From an uncultured Planctomycetia bacterium (GTDB lineage: Bacteria > Omnitrophota > Gorgyraeia > JACOVV01), in assembly GCA_964372345.1 (NCBI GenBank), contig CAYJQR010000013.1:1-29816 (forward strand): a stretch of 29,816 nucleotides of DNA. Direction: 5' to 3'. The notes beneath the pieces are model-generated. The model saw only the letters and a list, made by a program, of their open reading frames with translations, was not told the origin of the DNA and searched no databases. The position numbers were made by a program, and so were the translations under genes. Of the stretch, positions 23,679 through 29,816 are shown piece by piece (the first letter of the stretch is position 1; each line of letters opens with the position of its first letter).

Positions 23679-25213
23679 AACGCTGGTTCGTCAAAGAAGA
23701 CCTCGACGGGTTTTTCGGGCTGGCGCTGGATAATTTTATCCAATTTATCCTGATTGTTACGACGGGAAAAGCGGTCTGCGGGTTTCCCAATGAATTATTG
23801 TTTGGCCGCATCCTTCCGGGAGCGGCCGTTTCGCTTTTATGGGGAAACGCCTTTTACGCCTGGCAGGCGCGCCGTATCGCGCGAAAGACCGGCCGAAGCG
23901 ACGTCACAGCCCTTCCGTATGGAATCAACACCGTCACTCTTTTTGCCTACATCTTTTTTATCATTGGGCCGATCTATCAGCAGACCCACAACGCCGAACT
24001 GGCGTGGCAGGTGGGGCTGTTGGCTTGTTTTATCAGCGGCGTTGTTGAGTTCTTGGGGGCATTCATCGCCGAAGGAGTGCGCCGCGTGACTCCAAGAGCG
24101 GCGCTGTTATCTTGTCTCGCCGGAATTGCTGTTTCATTCATCTCGATGGATTTTGTTTACCGGACTTTTGATAAACCACTGTTAGCGTTATTGCCATTGG
24201 CCATTTTGCTGACCAGCTATTTTTCTCACATTCGACTGCCATTTGGCGTTTCAGGAGGGCTGGCTGCCGTGTTGGTCGGGATGGCTCTCGCGGCCGTCTT
24301 CGGAGTTTTAACTCCATTGACCGCGCAAGATTTTCAGCAGATTCATTTTCGTTTCCCACAATGGTTTGGCCCCGATCTCTGGCAGGTGATGAACAGTCAA
24401 TATATCGCCGGGTATCTTTCGATCACCTTGCCGATGGGGATTTTTAACGTGGTTGGTTCCCTGCAGAATATCGAAAGCGCCCGGGCGGCCGGAGACACTT
24501 TCCCGACACGGTCGTCGCTGGTGGTCAACGGCGCCGGTTCGATGCTGGCGGCCCTTTTGGGGAGTTGTTTCCCGACGACGATCTACATCGGCCATCCCGG
24601 ATGGAAAAAGATGGGAGCACGATGGGGATACTCTTTGCTCAATGGTTTAGTAATGACGATTCTGTGTCTGAGCGGAGTAATCACGTTGCTGGTGAAGTGG
24701 GTCCCCCTAGAGGCGGGGATGGGGATTTTATTGTGGATCGGAATTATCATTACGGCGCAAGCGTTTCAAGAAACCCCTAAAGAACACGCGCCGGCAGTGG
24801 CCCTCGGCCTCTTCCCATGTCTGGCGGCGTGGGGACTGTTCCAGTTAGAGACGGGGCTCCGCGCCGGCGGCATGACATTGTTTAATCTAGGAGCTTCGGC
24901 CTTTGAGCGAATTCCCGCTCTGAGTGGCATTCTGGCGCTGGAAAAGGGATTCATTTTTACTTCGATGATCCTTGCGGCGATGGCAGTTCATTTGATCGAA
25001 CGTTCCTTTGGGAAAGCCGCTCTATGGGCAGGGATCGCAGCCGTTCTCTCATTCTTGGGAATTATCCACTCATATGAAATTACTCCCGGAGGCGCCGTCA
25101 GCCATCTTGGATTGGGCATGGCGCCTGTTTTTATGTGGAGTTATCTGGCGATGGGAGGGTTATTGGTCTTCCTGCATTCTTGGAGAAAACAGAACTCAAA
25201 GAGCCCGCAATAA
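23672..25213 (+). CDS. NCS2/AzgA-like permease family integral membrane protein
   Basis: More than 10 predicted TM segments. VVNGAGSMLAALLGSCFPTTIYIGHPGWKKMGARWG resembles the AzgA/PbuG conserved ...GS.LG...GTSP.T.YIES..G...GGRTG segment. The start overlaps the upstream gene by 7 nt. Confidence 0.55.
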   Translation: MLKRWFVKEDLDGFFGLALDNFIQFILIVTTGKAVCGFPNELLFGRILPGAAVSLLWGNAFYAWQARRIARKTGRSDVTALPYGINTVTLFAYIFFIIGPIYQQTHNAELAWQVGLLACFISGVVEFLGAFIAEGVRRVTPRAALLSCLAGIAVSFISMDFVYRTFDKPLLALLPLAILLTSYFSHIRLPFGVSGGLAAVLVGMALAAVFGVLTPLTAQDFQQIHFRFPQWFGPDLWQVMNSQYIAGYLSITLPMGIFNVVGSLQNIESARAAGDTFPTRSSLVVNGAGSMLAALLGSCFPTTIYIGHPGWKKMGARWGYSLLNGLVMTILCLSGVITLLVKWVPLEAGMGILLWIGIIITAQAFQETPKEHAPAVALGLFPCLAAWGLFQLETGLRAGGMTLFNLGASAFERIPALSGILALEKGFIFTSMILAAMAVHLIERSFGKAALWAGIAAVLSFLGIIHSYEITPGGAVSHLGLGMAPVFMWSYLAMGGLLVFLHSWRKQNSKSPQ

Positions 25214-25420
25214 CACTGAATGAGAGGAGGCTTCAGGTTCCACCCCAGTCACCGACCCAGAGGGTCCCTGAATTTTTGGTACTCAACAAAGCCAGGATTT
25301 GAGGTAGATAGAGTTGCCGTGCTGGGTTTTGAAAATCAGTGAGATAAAAGGGCGAAGAGGAAGGGTCAGAAAAAATGCGGCCTACCCCTTGACAACGGGA
25401 AATCATAGGGTAGACTTGTG

Positions 25421-27223
25421 ATGGCTTGTATGAAGCTGCCAACGGGGTTCACTGAATATTTACTGCCTCTTTACCTTGAAACACAAGCCTATTCCCATGG
25501 TAAACTTTCTCTAATTGCCAATACCGACATACCTAAGGAAAGCGTCTTAAAGAAGATTTCTACGGTGATCAAAATGAGAAATCTCATCCAGTGGAATCAT
25601 TGGTTCAATCAACTCATTACGGGGATGCTTATTGTTTCCTGTTGCGAACAAACAGGTAATCTTTACTTACCTATAGAGCAATTATCCCCACCACAAATGA
25701 CGAAGAGGGAAGTTTTTCAAAATCAAGATCCAAGGAATTCATTAGAGATAACGACGTTATTAAGCGATCTTGCGCAAAAATTTTCAACATCGTCTTATCC
25801 TATCCAAAAATATGAAACATTGATTAAACTATTAGCCAGCCCCAATTCACTTGGAATTGATGTCTTAAAGAATGCATTTGACCGAGACCCCAACGGTTTC
25901 ATTCACGCTATCCATTATATTCACGGTAATGTCTACTCTTTTAAAACGTTACTCAATACCTTTGGAATTGAAACTGTCAGAGAGGCTTTCAGCAATGATC
26001 CAAGTGGATTCGCTAATTCCATAAAAACCCTTTCCAATATGGGTAAGAGCCGATTACAATTCATGAAAGTATTTCACAAATTAGCAAATAGTCTTGTCGG
26101 CATCTCATTTTTAAGAAATTCTTTTGCGCAATATCCTTATCCTCTTACACTCGCTCTTGCGTTATTGAGAAGTTCTATAGATTCACTTGTGGAATATATC
26201 AATGAAAACGGCACGGATATCAATCCCTTACTCAGTAAGAAAAATATTAAACTAGCGATTAATAATGATGAGGTTTCTTCTCTTAATACAACCATGGGGT
26301 TAATCAAGTTACTACATATCAGTGCGCAAAATGTCATTATCGGTTATTCTACAGAGGTAACGCAATCTCTTGCAGAGGAGAGATTTCCCCCTATTCAGTA
26401 CCAAGTGAAACCTTATTTTCCACTTAAAAATTCTAGCTCACAAGGACATTTGATCTTTGTGGAGTATACAGAACATGTTTTTACAAAACCTCGAACATTG
26501 GGTCTTTCACCGGATCCCTTTAAGTATTCTTTACCCTCTTTTGCTTCCGAAGAAAGCCGTTCTTCACTTCGAAATTCGATGGCGATAGAAAATCGAAAAA
26601 TAATTGTAGTAACAAGTCCTCAACCGAGTGAAGCTCAGATTTTCCAAGAAGCTTATAGAAAAATATTTGGAGATCTACCCACTGCCGAACGCCCCCTTGT
26701 GATCCTGGCCCCTCGTTACCCGAACCCTACACTAGTCTCATTACTGGAGTCAAATGGATTTAAGGCGCAAAATCGTGATACAGAAGAAGAACCTCTCTCA
26801 TTACTTGGAGAGCAGGACTTTGTTGTTTTAAATACATACGGTGAATTACTAAAGTTCTTTACGGTGGCAGACCTTGCTATTGTAGGACATGATCGCAATC
26901 TTTTTGAACCCGCCAGCCAAAGAGTACCGATTCTCTATTTCGGCGGTCATTGGTCTAATAACCAAACAGCTAAAAGAGTGCTCGATGAATCTGGTGGAGC
27001 GATGGAAATTAACCCTCGGTACCTTGACAAACAGATTTTGACTATTCTGGAAGAACCAGAAGATATTAAAGCAGGTCTTCAATCCGCTGTGAAGCGTTTC
27101 GAACAACAAATCTTTCCATCGGCTCAACTATACACTCTATTAATGCTGACATCTGTCATCTTCGAATATACGGAACAATCCTCTGTAGCTAGTCAAGAAA
27201 ATGCTTCCCTTAGAGCGTTGTGA
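25421..27223 (+). CDS. AT-rich 600-aa protein: N-terminal novel ~40-aa tandem repeats fused to a Kdo-transferase (GT30)-like C-terminal domain
   Basis: The C-terminal ...NTYGELLKFFTVADLAIVGH...NLFEPASQRVPILYFGGHW... matches the KdtA/WaaA C-domain (DTMGEL..LY..ADLAFVGGSL...NPLEPAA.G.PVL.GP). Three repeats are LGIDVLKNAFDRDPNGF / FGIETVREAFSNDPSGF / VGISFLRNSFAQYPYPL. Confidence 0.55.
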   Translation: MACMKLPTGFTEYLLPLYLETQAYSHGKLSLIANTDIPKESVLKKISTVIKMRNLIQWNHWFNQLITGMLIVSCCEQTGNLYLPIEQLSPPQMTKREVFQNQDPRNSLEITTLLSDLAQKFSTSSYPIQKYETLIKLLASPNSLGIDVLKNAFDRDPNGFIHAIHYIHGNVYSFKTLLNTFGIETVREAFSNDPSGFANSIKTLSNMGKSRLQFMKVFHKLANSLVGISFLRNSFAQYPYPLTLALALLRSSIDSLVEYINENGTDINPLLSKKNIKLAINNDEVSSLNTTMGLIKLLHISAQNVIIGYSTEVTQSLAEERFPPIQYQVKPYFPLKNSSSQGHLIFVEYTEHVFTKPRTLGLSPDPFKYSLPSFASEESRSSLRNSMAIENRKIIVVTSPQPSEAQIFQEAYRKIFGDLPTAERPLVILAPRYPNPTLVSLLESNGFKAQNRDTEEEPLSLLGEQDFVVLNTYGELLKFFTVADLAIVGHDRNLFEPASQRVPILYFGGHWSNNQTAKRVLDESGGAMEINPRYLDKQILTILEEPEDIKAGLQSAVKRFEQQIFPSAQLYTLLMLTSVIFEYTEQSSVASQENASLRAL

Positions 27224-27287
27224 TTTGTCTCCATTTTTTAAACTTGCTCCCTAAACTAAAGTGTCTTAAGATACCCATAGACAATCT

Positions 27288-27363
27288 GTCCCCGTAGCTA
27301 GAGCCCGGACAGAGCACTAGCCTCCGGAGCTAGGTGCCGGGAGTTCAAATCTCCCCGAAAGAA
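27288..27363 (+). pseudogene. Degenerate tRNA-Arg(CCG)-like duplicate (pseudo-tRNA)
   Basis: About 90% identical to the intact tRNA 100 nt downstream across the D, anticodon and T arms. The 5' acceptor strand (GTCCCCG) has no complementary 3' strand (CGAAAGA) and the D-stem has a mismatch/insertion. Confidence 0.45.
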
Positions 27364-27387
27364 AAGGGACTAAAGTTAAAAGAGATT

Positions 27388-27462
27388 GTCTCTGTAGCTC
27401 AGCCCGGACAGAGCACTAGCCTCCGGAGCTAGGTGTCGGGAGTTCAAATCTCCCCAGAGACG
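27388..27462 (+). tRNA. tRNA-Arg (anticodon CCG); CCA encoded at 27463..27465
   Basis: Acceptor GTCTCTG/CAGAGAC. D-arm GCTC/GAGC. Anticodon stem CTAGC/GCTAG with loop CTCCGGA. T-arm GGGAG-TTCAAAT-CTCCC. Discriminator G. Confidence 0.85.
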
Positions 27463-27473
27463 CCATTAATATC

Positions 27474-29093
27474 ATGTCCTACTTAGTCATCGCCCGTAAA
27501 TACCGCCCGCAGTCGTTTGATCAGATCGTTGGGCAGGAGCATGTCACCCAGACGCTCAAAAGCGCCATCGCGCAGGGGAAAGTGGCCCACGCCTACCTTT
27601 TCAGCGGGCCGCGGGGGGTGGGGAAGACTTCAGCCGCGAGAATTCTCGCCAAATCGCTCAACTGCGAAAATGGGATTTCCGCGGACCCCTGCCAGAAATG
27701 CGCTAACTGCGTTGAGATTACTCAAGGCTCCTCTTTAGATGTGCTGGAGATTGACGGCGCTTCCAACCGAGGGATTGACGAAGTCCGCGCGCTCAGGGAA
27801 AACGTCAAGTTTTCTCCGGTCAGCGGACGGTTCAAGATCTACATTATTGACGAAGTCCACTCCCTCACGCACGACGCTTTCAACGCCCTGTTGAAAACGC
27901 TGGAGGAGCCGCCAGCGCATGTGAAATTTATTTTCGCCACCACCGAAGCCCACCGGGTTTTGCCGACGATTCTTTCCCGGTGCCAGCGGTTCGATTTTAA
28001 AAGAATCCCCACTTATCTCTTAGTCCAAAAACTATCCGAGATTGCCAAGCAGGAGAAAATCGAAATTGACACCGAGTCCCTGAATGAAATCGCCCTCTCT
28101 TCCGGGGGAGGATTGCGGGACGCCCAGACGATTCTGGACCAGCTGAGCGCTTATAGCGGGAAAAAGATCGAGAAAGGAATTGTCCGGGAGATCCTCGGGT
28201 TGATCGAGCGGGAAGTGTTGGAACAGTTCATCGCTTTTGTCGCGGAACGGGATACCGTCAAACTGCTCGATCTGGTAAGACAATTAGAGGAGCGCGGCAC
28301 TGATCTGGGACAACTGGTGAACAACCTGATCCAGCATTGCCGCAACCTGATGATTTGTCAGGTAGGGGTTAAAGATCTGGCCAACGTGCTGGATCTTCCG
28401 AAAGAGGTGATTGAAAAAGTACGCCAGCAGGCCGCGAAACTGAACAAAGATGAGACCCTGTTTATTCTGCACACGCTTGTCGGGCTCCAGCTGGAGATGA
28501 AACGGGCAACGTTCCCTAAAATCCTGCTGGAGTTGGCTCTAATCCGGATGACAGAAATGCGGCAGTGGATTCAAATCCCTGAGCTGGTGGAGAAATTAAA
28601 GGAATTGGAAGCAAAGGTTGGAGACGAACCGGCCGCGGGTTCCCTGAAAAAATCAGAACCGCCCCTGAATTCCGTCCCAAATTCCCCGGTTTCTCTAGAG
28701 CAGATCACCCAATCATGGCCATCGCTGGCGCAAAAAATCAGGTCCCAAAAAGTCCCGCTGGGGGCGGCGCTCCAGGTAGGAAAACCGTCCGCGCTGGAGG
28801 GGAAACGCCTGACCCTCTCATTCCCGAGCGCCGAAAGTTTCCATAAAGAGATCGCGGAAAGAGGAAATAATAAGAAGCTCATCGAGCAAGAGCTTCAGGT
28901 GATTTTTGGCGTTCCGCTGACAGTGGAATTGGTCATTGAGAAAAACAGTCCACCGCCGGCAAGTCAGAACAAAACCGCTTCTTCTCCTAATAATAGCGTG
29001 GATGACCCGCTGGTCAAATCGGCCCTGGAAATTTTTAGCGGCCGCGTCATCCGCGTCCATGAGAATGAAACAGCCAATGGTGAAGAGCCGTGA
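27474..29093 (+). CDS. dnaX: DNA polymerase III subunit gamma/tau
   Basis: N-terminus YRPQSFDQIVGQEHVTQTLKSAIAQGKVAHAYLFSGPRGVGKTS (Walker A). Zn-module CENGISADPCQKCANC. DEVH box IIDEVHSLT. SRC motif TILSRCQRFDF. Confidence 0.9.
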   Translation: MSYLVIARKYRPQSFDQIVGQEHVTQTLKSAIAQGKVAHAYLFSGPRGVGKTSAARILAKSLNCENGISADPCQKCANCVEITQGSSLDVLEIDGASNRGIDEVRALRENVKFSPVSGRFKIYIIDEVHSLTHDAFNALLKTLEEPPAHVKFIFATTEAHRVLPTILSRCQRFDFKRIPTYLLVQKLSEIAKQEKIEIDTESLNEIALSSGGGLRDAQTILDQLSAYSGKKIEKGIVREILGLIEREVLEQFIAFVAERDTVKLLDLVRQLEERGTDLGQLVNNLIQHCRNLMICQVGVKDLANVLDLPKEVIEKVRQQAAKLNKDETLFILHTLVGLQLEMKRATFPKILLELALIRMTEMRQWIQIPELVEKLKELEAKVGDEPAAGSLKKSEPPLNSVPNSPVSLEQITQSWPSLAQKIRSQKVPLGAALQVGKPSALEGKRLTLSFPSAESFHKEIAERGNNKKLIEQELQVIFGVPLTVELVIEKNSPPPASQNKTASSPNNSVDDPLVKSALEIFSGRVIRVHENETANGEEP

Positions 29094-29698
29094 GTAAATA
29101 CCCTAAAACGATGGACGATTTGATCCGTCTTTTCGCCCGCTTTCCCGGCGTCGGCCCGAGAAGCGCCGAGAGAATGGCTTTCTACCTTCTGCAGTGCGCC
29201 AAAGAAGAAACGCAGAGGGTGGCGGAGTTAATCGCGAAACTGCGCGAAACGACCCGCTCCTGCGAGATTTGCTTTAACCTAAGCGACCAGGCCCGGTGCG
29301 AGGTCTGCGCCGATCCGATGCGCGATCATAAAGTAGTTTGCGTGGTCGCGTCTCCCAAAGACATTATCGCGATCGAAAGGGGAGGATGTTATCGCGGCGC
29401 TTATCATGTCCTGCTCGGCAACATTTCTCCCCTGGAAGGAATCGGGCCGAAAGATTTGAAAATTCCCGAGTTAATCCACCGGATCAAGCAGGGGGAAATC
29501 TGCGAAGTCATTTTGGCAACGGGATCGAACGCCGAAGGAGAAACCACCTCTCTTTACCTGGTAAAACTGTTAACGCCTCTGGGTCTGCAAGTAACCCGCA
29601 TTGCCTACGGCGTCCCGGTAGGATCCAACCTCGAATTTGCCGATCAAGCCTCCCTGAATCGCGCTTTCGAAACCCGCCAGGCGGTTGGGCAAGGGTGA
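29090..29698 (+). CDS. recR: Recombination protein RecR
   Basis: HhH FPGVGPRSAERMAF, C4 zinc finger CEICFNLSDQARCEVC and a Toprim domain are present. The GTG start overlaps the dnaX stop (GTGA). Confidence 0.9.
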   Translation: MSKYPKTMDDLIRLFARFPGVGPRSAERMAFYLLQCAKEETQRVAELIAKLRETTRSCEICFNLSDQARCEVCADPMRDHKVVCVVASPKDIIAIERGGCYRGAYHVLLGNISPLEGIGPKDLKIPELIHRIKQGEICEVILATGSNAEGETTSLYLVKLLTPLGLQVTRIAYGVPVGSNLEFADQASLNRAFETRQAVGQG

Positions 29699-29783
29699 TT
29701 GTCGTTTTTCTCCGTTGTTTGACAGTATCGCGATTCAGGTGATAAAGTAAACGCGAGTTTACACTCCCCTGTAGCTTCCGCCT

Positions 29784-29811
29784 CAGCCGTAGGCTGATCA
29801 GCCTACGGCTG
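29784..29811. repeat. Perfect 28-nt palindrome CAGCCGTAGGCTGA|TCAGCCTACGGCTG (GATC at centre)
   Basis: Read directly downstream of recR. No T-run follows on the + strand. Confidence 0.4.
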
Positions 29812-29816
29812 AAAAG

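Noticed and set aside
23754-24089. 111-aa and 69-aa + ORFs in alternative frames
   Set aside because: They lie inside the AzgA-like permease gene and are GC-rich frame artefacts.

Overview
This is a bacterial chromosomal window of about 30 kb. Nearly all genes are on the + strand.

**1..4947: hydrogenase-like operon.** The 5' end carries a tightly packed five-gene operon for a group-4 [NiFe]-hydrogenase / formate-hydrogenlyase-like membrane complex. Its genes encode a HycD/NuoH-like subunit, a HyfE-like subunit, a NuoL/M/N-like antiporter subunit, a fused NuoC-NuoD/HycE-type large subunit, and a fused HycF-ferredoxin + HycG-small-subunit protein. The large subunit has lost every nickel-ligating cysteine, so this is an Ehr-type 'hydrogenase-related' complex rather than a hydrogenase.

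**5003..6787: housekeeping genes.** A small PC4/YdbC-like protein, a DEAD-box RNA helicase and tRNA-Ser(GCT) follow.

**About 6.8..19.4 kb: defence island.** Between that tRNA and a tRNA-Ser(CGA)/tRNA-Arg(ACG) pair lies an AT-richer (by eye), horizontally-acquired-looking island with no integrase in the window. It contains:
- a small GIY-YIG nuclease;
- an XRE regulator, an Mrr type-IV restriction enzyme and a 4-Cys Cas4-like PD-(D/E)XK nuclease, all framed by an ~80-bp direct repeat of the XRE 3' end;
- an overlapping four-gene operon: a multi-HTH protein (RNAP alpha-CTD-like plus sigma-70 region-4-like domains), a MORC/GHKL ATPase, an unknown protein and a Dam-family N6-adenine methyltransferase. 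This is the strongest candidate for an undescribed restriction-modification-like system;
- a C-terminal remnant of a type IIG/Eco57I-like RM enzyme;
- a clear DarT-DarG ADP-ribosylation toxin-antitoxin pair;
- an unknown ~390-aa protein (possible C-terminal HEPN-like Rx4H motif) paired with a stand-alone DEDDh 3'-5' exonuclease;
- two small hypothetical genes.

**Downstream of the island.** An SPFH lipoprotein, TadA, an ICMT-family methyltransferase and tRNA-Ser(GGA) come next. A 3'-end duplicate of that tRNA brackets a 1.1-kb module holding a small protein and a retropepsin-like protease. After that come a glutamine amidotransferase-1 protein, an AzgA-like permease, and an AT-rich 600-aa protein with novel tandem repeats fused to a Kdo-transferase-like C-terminal domain. 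The window ends with a degenerate plus an intact tRNA-Arg(CCG), then dnaX and recR.

**Small-scale structure.** A conserved ~50-nt trailer element recurs after several tRNAs. No CRISPR array or transposase was seen.
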